Assembly (NCBI GenBank): GCA_028534125.1
Contig: CM052818.1
Location: forward strand, 38,814,001 to 38,878,000
Source of the DNA: Lama glama
Lineage: Eukaryota
Length of the DNA stretch: 64,000 nt
Direction: 5' to 3'
Shown here: positions 35,320 through 47,919 of the stretch, in pieces
How positions within the stretch are numbered: the stretch's first letter is position 1
Layout of the letters: every line of letters starts with the position of its first letter
Program-made: the position numbers and the translations under genes
The notes under the pieces: generated by a model
Told to the model about the DNA's origin: nothing
The model's input: the letters and a program-made list of their open reading frames with translations, nothing else
Databases searched by the model: none

Positions 35320-35930
35320 GTTGGTGGACAGACCCCAGTGTGGCCCCATGATTTCCCGCTCTGTGTTCAATCCATAGTTCCCTCCCCTTGGGTAAGGGTG
35401 GGCCCTGGGACTTGCCCCACCTCACAGAATATGGCAAAGGGAAAGGGATTTTGCAGGTGTCATTAAGATCCTGAATCAGTTGATTCTGAGTTCATCGAAG
35501 CAGAGATTATTCTGTGTGAGCCTGGCCTAATCAGGTGAAAGCCCTTAAAAGAGGGATGGAGCCCTTCCCAGGTTGACAGCCTCCCTTTGCCGGCTTGATG
35601 GAGTAAGCAACAGTGTCAGGGAAGCCCACCTGGCAAGGAACCTCAGACATCTGCTAAGATCAGGGAGTGGCCTCCAGCTGACAGCAAGAGAGCTGGGCAT
35701 CCTTCCTGCAGCTGCAGGGAAATGCATGAACTCAGAAGCAGAGTCTTCCTCTCTTGAGCCTCCAGAGGAGAACACTGCCCAGCTCATGCCTTGATTACAG
35801 CTTTGTAAGACCCCGAGCAAAAAATCCAGCTAAGCCACATCCAGATCCCAGAGATGAGATGAGAAATGTGTGTTGTTTGAAGCTGCTGAGTTCGTAGTAA
35901 TTTTTAACACAACAATAGAAAACTAATACC
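35320..35930 (+). mobile_element. Near full-length MaLR solo LTR (MLT1E/F-like)
   Basis: atatggcaaagggaaagggattttgcaggtgtcattaag...cctccagctgacagc...aaatgtgtgttgtttgaagctgctgag...aatagaaaactaatac. Flanked by ggcag (35315-35319) and ggcgg (35931-35935), a probable 5-bp TSD. Confidence 0.9.
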
Positions 35931-36214
35931 GGCGGTGAGGCAGAAAGGTTAGGATGCCAGGCTGGAGCACAGAAAGGGACTGGGGTATCTTGCCTTCTTG
36001 AGGGTCAGAGTCCTGATTCCATGTCCCCATTGGGCCAGCATCAACAGCTGGACCACGAGCTGGCTCCAGGCTGGTCTGGGGGTGAGAGCTCTCACCAGGG
36101 CTTGGTTTCCAGGTTTTGCTGAAGAAAGCCTGCACATAGGGGAAAGATGTCACCAGGAGTACGTGTGATGGACACTTCCCAGGGGATGTACTCTCTGCAG
36201 CAGTACCCAGGGGC

Positions 36215-36560
36215 CTGGTGGTGCCCTTGGGCTGAGCTCAGCAGAGGTGGGATTCCTATTGCAGGTCTGTCTGTATTGAATTTGCGTAATGATTTTCTAT
36301 AAAAATTCATCACTTACCTGCTTGGGGCTCACTCTCACCAGCAGCTCTTAGGGGCTCCCTCTTCTCCACACCCCACCAGCACTTAATAGTATCTGTCTTG
36401 GTGATTTTTGCCAATCTCATGGGTCTAAAATCACATCTCACCGTTTTAATTTGCATTTCTGATAGCTAGTGAGGTTGACAACCTCTTTGTGAACTTCTTG
36501 GTCATCTGGGTTTCCCTTCTCATGAATTCTCCTGTATATCCCTTGATTCTTCTAAGAAAA
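36215..36560 (-). mobile_element. Old L1 ORF2 3' fragment
   Basis: ctctcaccagcag...tctccacaccccaccagcactt...tttttgccaatctcatggg...gttttaatttgcatttctgatagctagtgaggttga. Confidence 0.85.
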
Positions 36561-37719
36561 TGATTTTTTTCTTTTTTTCCCTTTGCGGTTCCTAAGGGCC
36601 CCCAGCTCAGTCCAAACCCAGGGGCAGCTGCTCAGCTCTCCTCTCCGTATTCCCCGGCTCGCCCAGCGCGGAACACCAGGCCCGGGCCTCCCGCACCAGC
36701 CGCTCAGCCTGTGTCCCTGAGTGTGGGCCGAGTTCTGAGGAGGAGCGTGGGTGTGGGATCAGGGTGCTTCTGCCCTAGATAACCATCTGGAGAGATGATA
36801 ATAGAAACAGATCTGCAGCTGTCTCCCCTGCTGATCCATACCCTTTTTATTCACTTTTTATTAAGCTAAGAGGGAGAGAGAGGAGGTCGGCTGCCTCCCA
36901 GGCCTGGCCCTTGTCCTGTCAGGAGCATTCTTGTGGGACTGTGGGTGGATGACTGGATATGGTGGCCCCCATCCCCTAGAAGGACTGCGGTGACAGAGAA
37001 CCAGGCAGAAAACCAAATGGCCCCACTGAGGCTGCAGAGCCAGCGGGGGCTTCCGGGGCAAACAATGGCCCTCTGTCTGGTTTCTCCTGAGGGCCGGAAG
37101 CCCCCCGGTGCAGGGCCCACCAGTGAGTCATGCAGGATATCTCCTGCGCCTGCTTTGTTGTGCCTGAGGAGCTCCCGGCCCAGCCTGAAAGGGAAGATGA
37201 TCTCATCGAGGAAGATCACGTTCTGGGGAAGCCCTGTCACTGGACAGTCCCGGGAAGCTCGCCGCCCACCAACAGCCCCGAGCCCGAGTCCCCTGGCCTT
37301 GAGAGAGTTCCCTGAGGCAGGGGTAGGTGCTGGGCAGAGAGAGCCAGCCAGGACCCCGCGCTCACGGAGCCCGGGGAAACCCCTGCTTCGTGCGCTCCAG
37401 ACGTGGCCGTGCAGGTCCGCCCAGGCTCAGCTGTGTCCTGTGGAGTTTCCTGGACTCAAGAAAAGCTCCAGACAAGTGTCTTTGGAGCATCCCGGGGGGG
37501 CCAACCTGGGCCTGGCAGGAAGTCGAGGGCTGGGGTCAGGGGTGTATGGCCAGACCCGGCTTAGCCTGTGGGGGTTGGGAGGGAATAAGGGCTGGACTTT
37601 GCACTTGGCTGGATTCCACAGGGATTTCAGAAACAAAGAGCCATGTGGTACTGAGGCCACTTCAGTCCTGGAACTTGGATACTGCCGTTATTTGTTGTTG
37701 TGGTTTAAAGTACACCCAC

Positions 37720-37850
37720 CGGTTGGTACAGAGCAGGGCTCCAGAGTCACACGGCCACACACCCACCAACTTTGTGGCCTGGAGCAAGTTACTCCACCTT
37801 TCTAGGCCTCAATTTCCTCCTCTATAATATGAGATGCTCGTAAGCTGTTG
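37720..37850 (+). mobile_element. MIR fragment
   Basis: tgtggcctggagcaagttactccaccttt...ggcctcaatttcctcctctataatatgagat. Confidence 0.7.
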
Positions 37851-40800
37851 TGGGCATGCATGCGTTTACCTGTGCCACTGCCTGGCTCACGGCCGCCCTC
37901 ACTGATGGCGTTTCCTCTCTTTCCTTCATTCCCTCAGAGCTCTGAATGGGTTTCGGCTTCTATTCTGAATCACCTCCCAGAGACTCAGGGCCTGAATGTG
38001 TTCCCTGGAAGGCTCACCTTTCCTCCGGATGCAGGTGGTGGGTGGGGCCACCTTCCAGAACCTCTGGGAAAGAACCACCCAGTCAGTCCAAGGCCTAAGA
38101 ATGGTGTCACTGCCCCCTTCAGCCAGATTCCCATCTGTTTGGTTACCATGGTGAGCAGTTGCTCAGAGCACAGTGCAGAGAGAAACACTGTAGGGGTGGG
38201 AAATCCAGGCCCACAGGGAGAGGTATAGCGAGCCCAGGAATTGGTCCCGGAAACCCCTGGGACCAAGGTTCCTCTGCACCCATCCCTCCCCTAAGGACAA
38301 GCCCAGAGCAGCTGAGAGGCCACAGGTGGGACCACAGGCACTGGGAAAGAGACACTGTTCCCAGTGGGCTGCCACTCCACCTCTGCCCTACACTGCCGTC
38401 CAAGATTCGGGAGCCCTGCTCCTGAGCCTTCTTCCTGTGCTCCTTGCCAGGGACCGGCAAGTTACCTAAGGGGAAATGACACAGCACTGACTTTTCCATT
38501 GAGAGGTTCACAGCCTGGTAGATCATTATGAGCAATTGGACACGTTACCATAGCTTTTGCAAGTCCGTGATCACCCCTGGCCACAAAAACACAGAGATTT
38601 GAAGAAAGAGGCCTCATTGGTGGTTCTGACACGGCCAGCATGCATGTAAGGCACCTGTGTTACACCTCCTGCCCATCTCTACCTCCAGCCTACCCACCAG
38701 CCTTGGATAAGCATCCTGACACTTCCCAGATGCACCCTCCTTCAGCCCGAAGAGTCTTCATCCCCATGCCCCCTTCCACCACATTGGTGCTATATTACAA
38801 CTTCTGACACATCACAGGAACTGTGCGAGGAGACGGGAAGGTTGCATAGACGAGAGCTTCTCCTAGGAAGAACACTGCATGTGGTTCACGGGAAGTCTTG
38901 GACAAGATACTTGGGGAGGCCTTACGAATCACACTCGGCCCCGGCAGATGGTTGGGGAACTTTCTGCAGGCCTTTGGTCTTTCCAAGTGTTCCGAGTGTG
39001 GGGCCAGTGCTGCCCTGCTCAGGCCAACAGAAAGTGTTCCCTTTCTCCTTTCCTCCCACTCAGCTCTCAGCCCCAACCCCCACATAAGTAATGAACCAAT
39101 GTTAAAAGAACATCAATTTGCAGTGTCCCCAGTTCTTAATCTCCCTGGAGTCCCCTCGCCTTAGCCCACACTGGGCCACCCATGTCCCAGTTGATGTCCA
39201 TGGCACACTCCTATCACCCTGCAAACCCAATTCAGTGGCTCTCTCCTTGGGGAAGCTTGGTGCCCAATAGCACTAAATGAATGTTGCTTTTGGGTCGTTC
39301 CCTGGTGCTTATCACAGTGCTCGGCCCACAGTGTGTGCTCCAGAATGTTTGTGAAGGACAGTGGAGCCTTGTACCCGAGTTGGCAGTGAGCACTTCGCTA
39401 TATCCCCTTACGGCCGAGCGTGCACGATTTAGGCATGCACTCGGGGGGGAAATAAGTGTGTCTAATCCCAGATTGGCACGTTCTCCTGTACCAGACATGC
39501 TCCCCTTTCTAATGTCCCTGTCCTGGCCCCTGTAGCTCTCAGTCCCACTCAGCTCACTTGGTGTCTGTCTGCAAATCCACACACACTTCATCCTCTTCCC
39601 ATCCCCTTTGACTGCCAGGTTCCTATCTTCTCTACTCAGGACCCTTCTGGACTCCCCTCAGCCTCACCCTGCCAGTTGGCCCCAGGAACAGTCAGGACAA
39701 TAATCCCCAAGCCCAGCTTTCTTCAAGACATGGCTCCACCTTCCAGATGCAGCCTCAGGGCCACCTCTGCCCACTGTCTGCCACTTGCAGCCACTGTGAT
39801 GTGGCCCCATTTTGCACACCTAGCCTCTACCTCCCTCGCTCTGAGCCTACTGGCCTCTTTGTGGCCGCTGCACCTTCCCTGCTCAACCCCACATCTGGGC
39901 CTCCATGGCTGGCTCTCCATCTGCCATGTTTTCCCCTCCCCTCTTGCCTAGAGCTAGAGCTTCAGATGAAAGGGGATGTCAAGAGGCTACAGACCTCCAG
40001 TAAATTGGTGCAGGGGATTCCCATGAATATTCTGGACATCCCAATGGGGAAAGATTCACTGATGGAAATTCTGACCCCATGTTTTGTTTCCCACTGAACA
40101 AAAGGATATGACTGGGTGTTTTTTGGTCCTTAGAAAGTAACTTCTTTTACACAGAATAGAAACAGAAACTTCAGCCTGCATTGTCCTTCTGGTTGTAAGT
40201 TCTACTTCCCAGAAGGCAGGAGAAGTCCAGGAAACAGTGTAGACTCTGTGCTGGGATCAGTGTCCATTCCTACTGTAGAATAAGATATCCCCAGCTTGTG
40301 ATGTGGACCCTGGACTCACACTGAGGGCATTGTGCAGGCCTCCCTCTCCTGCAGAATATTGGGGGTAGCAATAGTTGTTGGCACCTGCTCTGTGCCAGGC
40401 ACTGACAGCACTATGAAGTAGTCCCTGCTCTACAGAGAAGGGCATGAGTCCAAAAAGTGTCAGAGCCTCTGGAATCAGGCCTGAGGCTCAGGAAAGTCCC
40501 ATTAGAGGCATGGAAAGCAGGATACCTGTTTATGCCTCCAGTGGCAGAAGGGTCTGCCCTGGGAAGTCTTCCTGGAGGAGGTGAGGCTCTGGCTGGTCCT
40601 CTGAGGACAGAAAAGGAGAAGCAATGGGCAGAGTCCAGGTGGAAGAAAGAATGTAAGCAAAGATCGAGGGAGAGAAGCATGGCCAGAAAGAAGGTGGGAT
40701 GGGATGGGTTTCCGGCCCCCTCCCAAGCAGCTCATCAGGAACTTCTTGGGCATCCCTTTTTGGAAACAGTTATCTTCTGATGAGCAGCCCCTCCTTGAGT

Positions 40801-43776
40801 GTGGGTGTCCGGCACCTATCAGCCACTCATACCTTAAATTATCTCCTCAGCTGCTCCTGTCCTCCCTGGTGACCTGAGGGAGGGGGTGGCATTCAGGATG
40901 TGGAGGAGTCCCGAACCAGGGCTTCATGTGGAAGGGCAGGCCTGTGGACACCTGGCCCATGGATAGATGATGCAGGTACCTGGAGGCTCAAGCAGGGAGA
41001 GCAGAGGAGGAAGGAGGCACACCTTGGCTTCCTCGCTAGTGTACCGCCCCCTCACCTGGCACTGGAATGAGGCCTCCAGGGAGGCTGAGAGAGGGGCTCA
41101 ATACCTTTGGGTGCCTACAAGGTAGGAGCAGAGTGTGGCTGAGGAGCTGGGGAGTCTGTGTGTTGAGGCCAAAAAGCATCTTGGATGTCAGAGCTGGAGG
41201 AGGAGGAAGTCGGCCCCTCTTGGCCTTTCCTGCCTTGGAGTCAGCTGCTGGATGAAAATAAGCCCAGGAGGCTCAGGACGAGGGCTTCCAGCTGCAGGGT
41301 CGACAGGGTGGTGTCCCTGAGCTTCCTGCCCTCAGCACGGCCTCTCTGGGCTGCAGGACTGAGCCAGGTAAACATCCCTCCAGACCCCTTACCCTTGGAA
41401 TGTGGCCTCAGCTCAGCAAATGCATCCCCTGGGAGTATGAATAAGGCAGAACCAACCCCCAGAACCCATTGTTCTGTGAGTTTCAGAAAAATCAAAACAA
41501 ACTCCCAACAATATGGGGGTGAGGAGGGGGTGAGAAGGCAGTGCGGAAAGGGCCGGCGGGGCCTTTGTCCTTAGGCATCCAGACATGTTTACATTTTCCA
41601 CATTAATGAGCTGGGAAATGGCTCTTTTTATGCCAGTAATAACAACCACCACCCCCTCCATGTTCTCGTTTATTTCTGGCCAAAACCCAAGCAAGGCCAA
41701 CACGAGCATTGAGCATCGCATTACAGAGATGAGGGGTTTGAGATTTCAAAAGGCCCCGTGACTTCCCCAGGGCACCAGGATTGATAATCACCGGAGCTAG
41801 GTCTTGAACCCAGTGCCCCAGCTTCTATCCAGTCCATCTTGGTGGAGCCGACTGCACCCATTCAGGACAGGATTGAACTGAAGGGTCTGGCCTGGTTCCC
41901 ATGAACTTCCCAATGTGTAGTCCACTGGATTAGGAAGCGGATTCTTTTGTGGGATGGCCAGGAGACCAGCCTTGCCCAGCACTGCCTGCCCCCGGGTGCT
42001 GCTACATGAAGACCAGGAGCCAGCTGAATGGGGCTGGCTGGGCCATCGTCCCCCCATGAACCAGGCTGACCATGCTCCCTGTCTACAGCCGCATATTTCC
42101 AGCCATGAGGTACTCCTATCTTCCCGCTGGTGCCCTGGCCTGTGGGGTCTGGGAATGAGGTCTCCCACACTCCCTCTCCAAGGCCTGCTCAGCCCTACTT
42201 GCCAAGCCTAGGGCCCTTCGCAGCGGTGGGAAGAAGGAGGTAGCAACGGATAAACCGCTCATAGATAATTAGCAATTGGTTGCATCTCCTCCAAAGCTAT
42301 GAGGTTTTCATAGGCTGATATTTTTAGCAGAAAAAGAAAAATTGGCTGAACTCATAAATTGCAATTTTGCATACACCTCTATTTCCAAAGCTCATTGCTA
42401 GATAACTAGGAGCTTGTTCTTTGATTATGGCCATTTAGGAAATGGAGTTCTGACAAGCTTGCTGGAGCCTCAAAGCCTTGCAGTTTGCACCGAGAAGCTG
42501 TGTGTGACAGCACTTCCATCTGGCAGATGGCCGCTGGAAGGCACTCAGAAGTCTGGAGAACGGAGGCATAAACAGAAGCACAATTAATCAGTGCAATTGT
42601 TTCCCCTGCTGTGAACATGCTATTTCTCTGGATTCTTGAGGGCAGCATGCACGGGAAGGACCTGGCTTTCATTCTCTGTGGCATTCCAAACAGCATCGAG
42701 TGTCCAACATACTTTGATTTCTGACATTGGTCTTCCTGCTCACACTCTGTCTCCTGGAAGACTCAAGCATGAGCCAGGCCGACACGCTAGAGCAAAGCCT
42801 TGGCTCTCCTCGCTTGGACTGGGGCAGGAGTGCCGGGTCCCCTGGGAAGCCTGAAGGTTTACTGGCTCTGACTGGAGGCTCTCTGGAATCCGGGTTTTGC
42901 TCATTGTTATTTTTATGAGAAAATGACTTGTTTTCGTTCCTTGCAGAGCAGAAGAAGGAAAATAACTTAACCCAAGAGCTGAACAGGAAGGGGAAAGTCA
43001 TTAGCTTCTTACTGAGTTAAAAACTGGGCTCATGGATCTGGTTGAACCTCCAGAAGCAAAGGCCCAGGGGGCAGAGACTCCTTTAGAACCGCTGGTCTAC
43101 CCTGACCTCGTCCTTTTTGGGGGAACCTCCAGATCTTAGGTTTTCAATCTACAAAATGGCCACTCGAAACCTGCCGAATAATGTGGGTCTCAGGATTAAA
43201 ATGAATGAGTTAGGGGCTTGGGGTCACCCTGGGAAGAACAAATACAAAGCACACCTTCAAGAGAGATCCAAGGCACCGTGGGCAAGCGTGGGGCGTCCCG
43301 AGGCTGATAGGATGAGGTTGGTGCATCTCTCAGTGGAAGGACAGCCAGGGTCCTGGGTTTGCTGGGCCTCTCCTCCTCAGGTCCCCAGGGCCTGGCTCCT
43401 GGACCAGGCTGGCAGAAGCCCAGGGCAGAGGCTGGCCACACCTCAGGCAGGGTTTCCTCTCCCCTAGGTGTCTGGGCTCCCAGACTGCCCCTGTCCACAT
43501 ACCCCAGCCCAGCCTCAGACAGGAGGGGACTGATCACCCAGCTTTGTACTAAACTGCAGGAACTGGGTTGGAGGGAAGGATTTGCATGTTCACCTACACA
43601 CCTAACACTGTAAACCCAGCCACCACGGCAGGGAGGCTTTGGGGTGGGACCCTCTTCTATCTGGGGCTTGGGAAGTGAGGCAACAGGGGAGGGGCTAGCG
43701 GGGCTGCTGCTTCTGGTGAGACGAGGCCATAAGGCCCTGAGGAGGGGGTCCGATGCAGCCCCTGCCATGCTACCTC

Positions 43777-44679
43777 TGTGTTAGTGTCTCTTGGCTGCTC
43801 TAACCAATTACCACAAACTTGGTGGTTTAAAACAACAGAAAGTTATTCTCTCACAGTTCTGAGGGTCAGAAGTCTCAAACCAATTTCACCGGGCTAAAGC
43901 CAAGGTATTGGCAGGCCTGCACACCCTCCAGAAAAGAGATCTATTTCTTTCCTCTCCCAGCTCCTAATAGCTGCTGGCAACCCCTGGCTGTATCTGCATC
44001 ACTCTGCTCTTCACGGCCAGCATCCTCAAATCTTTCTCTGCTCTGTCTTCACATTGCCTTCTCCTCCTCTGTGTCAGACCTCCCTCTGCCTCCCTCCCAA
44101 ATACATGCAACTGTATTTGGGGCCCGCCTGCAGAATCCAAGCTAGTGTCCCCATCTTAAGACCCTTAACTTAATCACATCTGCCAGGACCCTCTTTCCAA
44201 ACAAGGTAACTATTAATTTCCTAGTTGCTGCCACAACAAACCACCACAAATGTGGTAGCATAAAATAACAGAAATTTATTCTCTTGCAGTTCAAGGCTAG
44301 AAGTCCAAAATCAAGGTCTCAGCCAGAGCATGCGCCCCCTAGAGGCTCCAGGGGAGACTCCTTCCTTAAGCCTTCCAGCTTCTGTGGCTCCTGGTGTTCC
44401 TTGGCTTGTGATAGCATCACTCCAGTCTCTGCCTTGTTTTCACGTGGACTTCTTCCCTGTTTGTGTCAAACCTCCTTTTTCTTGGACTTAGAGGCCACTC
44501 TAAATCCAGGATGATCCCTTAACTACATCTGCAAAGAAATTATTTCCAGGTAATTCACAGGTACCAGAGATTAGGACTTAAATACACCTTTTTGGGAAAC
44601 AGTTCAACCCACTATGGTAATATAGGTTTCAGGGCTCAGGATTCAGTATCTTTGGGGGCACATTATTCTGCCTACCCCA
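43777..44679 (-). mobile_element. MaLR LTR (MLT1D-like), split by a nested LTR at 44211-44616
   Basis: tgtgttagtgtctcttggctgctctaaccaattaccacaaacttggtggtttaaaacaacagaa...cttaacttaatcacatctgc...aaggtaac, resuming at gtaatatagg...atctttgggggcacattattctgcctacccca. Confidence 0.88.
44211..44616 (-). mobile_element. Nested MaLR LTR (MLT1B/C-like)
   Basis: tattaatttcctagttgctgccacaacaaaccaccacaaat...agaagtccaaaatcaaggt...acagttcaacccactatg, flanked by gtaac and gtaat. Confidence 0.88.
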
Positions 44680-44959
44680 TTCCTTATGCATTGGTGGCCA
44701 CCAGTGGGCCCTGGCCCCGGGGACTGTGGAGTCATGGACGTCCTAGGTGGCAGGTAGGCTGCACAAGCACCTTTGCTCCCTTGAGGTGTCACAGGGAGAA
44801 CTTAGAAGTGCAGAGGGCAGAGCTGAAGCCTCAGAGCAGTGGGTACCTGGACTTGTCCTGACTCCTGGGCAGGCCCCATGCCCCCTGGGTGGGACAGCCT
44901 GGGAACTGATCCCAGGGCTCTAGTTCCTGGTTGGAAATCGGAGGAAGGAGCTTGTGAAG

Positions 44960-45170
44960 GTTATAATAATTTGTGCCATTTATTAAGGACCTCCTATGTT
45001 CCAGGTACACTTCATTATTTTATTTAATCTTTAATAATTCTGACCATTTTACAAATGAGGATACTGAGCCTCAAAGAGCTTTAGTGACCTGACTCAGATC
45101 TCACAGATACTCAGCGATGGAACCAGAATAAGAACGCAGGTTGAGTGGATGACAACAGTTCTTGTTTTTT
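44960..45170 (-). mobile_element. MIR SINE
   Basis: catttattaaggacctcctatgttccagg...ccattttacaaatgaggatactgagcctcaaagag. Confidence 0.8.
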
Positions 45171-45371
45171 GCACAACATCATGCCGTCTCTCCTTGGAAC
45201 AAAGTTACCAATCACAGGCCTGGGGTAGAGGAGGGATGGGAAAATAATTTCAAATCTTAGGGCTGTATCATTACGGCTATATCAAGTTGAGAATCAGGAG
45301 TTTTTGTAGCCCCATGGTCTGGGTCAGTGATGGCAAGAGGCAGTGGAAGGGTGTCCTTATGGGAACAGCGG

Positions 45372-45860
45372 TGTTAAAGGAACAGTTATTTCATCACTCG
45401 TTAAAGAATGGTAAGGCAGAATCTATTCAGGGGACTGTCACAAAAGATATAGGGACCACTGCAGTGGGGTTTTGTACTAGGAGAGAGAGAGTGGGTCCAA
45501 CTCTAAGTATAAGGAAAGGTGGGAATTTATAGCTAAGAAGCAGGGGGTGTCAGTGGATGGAAAATTAGTAAGAGGAAACATGAGGGTAATAGGGTTCTGG
45601 CTAAACCTATGTAACAGGATTCTTGCTGAAGGCAGGTCAGGGTGATCACTCACTACCTGGGGGTGGTCAGGGGATGAGGAATCCCATCAGGTACTGAAGC
45701 TGATCAGACATCAAAAATGGGGGATTCTGGCAAACCACCTTAGCAAGATTCTTTCTAAAACTGGACAGTGTAGAGATGAACACTGAAACCCAAAAGCCAG
45801 GGCCTAGTTGAGAAGAGAGTTTAGTAGAGTCTGAGTTTGGTTCAGGAGAGACTCTTATCA
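45372..45860 (-). mobile_element. ERV1 solo LTR (MER31-like)
   Basis: TG...CA ends. tgttaaagg...atagggaccactgcagtggg...gtgggaatttatagctaagaagcaggg...gtcagtggatggaaaatta...caggattcttgctgaaggcaggtcagggtgatca matches the recalled MER31 reverse complement. Confidence 0.85.
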
Positions 45861-46074
45861 GAAGAAAGTGGCCCAAACCAGGAAATCTTGGTGTTCTGAG
45901 CTGGAAGGAGGTGGCCAAGCCGGGTGAGAGCCTGACGGGAACCATGTAAGAAGTTGGCCCTGGAGCCAGCCTGAGCTCTGTTTCCCAGGCTTCCCTCTGG
46001 GGGGGCCCGTGCTACCCCCTCTTCAAAGAACGGGCTTGAGGACCAATTCAAACACTTGGCAGAGGGAGGAAAGA

Positions 46075-46200
46075 ACACTGGGTGTGAGACCAGAAGTCCG
46101 GAGTCTCAGTCCCAGGCCTGGCTCTTATCAGCTCTGGGACTTTAGCAGATGGCTTAACCCCTCTGAGCCTGGATTCCCTGAAAGTAAGATGAGGAGAGCA
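46075..46200 (+). mobile_element. MIR fragment
   Basis: cagctctgggactttagcagatggcttaacccctctgagcctggattccctgaaagtaagatgagga. Confidence 0.6.
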
Positions 46201-47124
46201 TGGAGCAGATGCTCTGGGAACTGGGAGGTGGCCGTAAGTCTGTGGTCCTGTTCTTAGCCCCTCTGGCCTGTCCTAGGAGAGGCCCAGCAGACGGGACCAT
46301 GAGACGCAGTGATCTGTGTTCTGTCCCAGGCCCCCAGGAGCTGCACTGGCAGGGCTCACTGCCCCGGGCCCCTGGGTCTGGAGCCTGAGAAAGACTCCGT
46401 CGTGAAGTTCCAGTGAACATGGGCCGAGGGCAGGATCATGGCATCCTTGTAGGCCAGAACGAGGGTCCTGCAGGGTCCGGGAGAGCAAGCAGCAAGAGGG
46501 GGTTCTCAGCTGCCCTCTCTCCTCACCAGGAGGAGGTCCTAGGGGTTGGAGAGGCTCTTTTTTCCAGTCTGCAGCGCCAGTGTCAATTTAGCGAATGACC
46601 CCTGGAGAGAACCAGGGCAATAAATTTGGAATAGCTCTGGCACAGGAAGAAGGACACAAAGACAAACAATGTGGGGAGTGTTCAGCAGGAAGAGATGGGA
46701 ACTGGGGGCCGGGCTGCCAGGCAGGCCTCAGGCTCCAGGAGTCTGGAAGTGACACGGGGCCTCAGGCCACGCCCAGAGGTGGACAAACACAGAGGGGGCA
46801 GGGGAAGGGAAGTCCTGGGAAATGGGGTGCAGCCTGAGGAAGGGGCTTCTGGTGTGAAGGGCTAGCGAACAGCTGTCTCCAGAGTCAGGCCTTAGTTTCC
46901 ATCTCTATCTTTGTTAAAGGGCAGAGATTCTTGTCTGTTTTGACCCACCTTGACTTAGCAGACCCCGAGCTCATGCTGCACGCAGGCTGGGCTATTGAGG
47001 GCAAAGAAGGAGACTGGTCCCTGTCCCCAGAACCTGGACCCTCCCCAGTGTTTTTTTTAGAAATGCTTTACAGTAATGGGGTCTGAGGCTCACACTGCCC
47101 CTCAGACCAGGCTAACCGCTAAAT

Positions 47125-47300
47125 AGGATGGTTGGATTTGGCCAATAAAAATACATACAGGACACCCAGCTAAATATGAATCCCAGATGAACGGCAAATA
47201 ATTGCTTTAGTGTAAAATAAACACTACCCCCCAGTGGCTTGCACAGAAAAACAAAACATGTAACTTCCTGAGAACCCGCTGTTGTCTGAAGGTGGAAATC
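47125..47300. mobile_element. MER53-like hAT MITE (partial)
   Basis: aataaaaatacatacaggacacccagctaaatatgaatcccagatgaacggcaaataattgctttagtgtaa. Confidence 0.7.
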
Positions 47301-47919
47301 TGTGATTTTTGAAGGCAAAAGCAGTATTCTTCTGAGGAAGAGTGAGTCACAGGCAAGCTGAAAATGTTTCTCTGGCTTTCGGGGTTGGACGGACATGGGC
47401 CCCCTTCCTCCTTCCTTCTCATATTCAGCTGTCCTTGGCTGGGCTCTAACTCCAAGTCTACCAAGAATCCCACCAACCATGCCACTGCTGACCCTGGAAA
47501 GGGCCCACTGTCTTCCAACCACTGGCCCAGTGCTGCCTGGGTCCCTGGAAGTGGGCACTGGGGTCCTCAAGCCACAGGCTAGACTGCGGCCCAAGCTTTA
47601 GAGCAGCCAGGAAGGCCTCTTGGGGCACCGAGGCAAGCAGGCACCATGCCAGCGGAATGGGTATGTGTCCCTAGGGCAGTCTCAACCTTGAGCTCCAAGG
47701 CTCAGAGCAGGGAGAGGCCGCCTTGGCCTGTTTCCCCATCAGTAAGGGGCTCTTCGAGGGAAGCACTGTGTCTTGTGGCTCTCCATATGTCCTGCCCCCA
47801 ACACAGGGCCTCGCCTATCCCACTGAGTGTAGAATGGATGTCGCCCTGGCAGCTGCCAGCCCCAGGCCCTGGGTGCAAGCTGCTGTGGGACAGAGATGTG
47901 TGAGGGTGTGTGCAGGGTG

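Noticed and set aside
36933..37805. 290-aa ORF, the longest gap-free ORF
   Set aside because: Non-ATG start, Pro/Gly/Arg/Ser-biased composition, no recognisable domain, and it ends inside a MIR.
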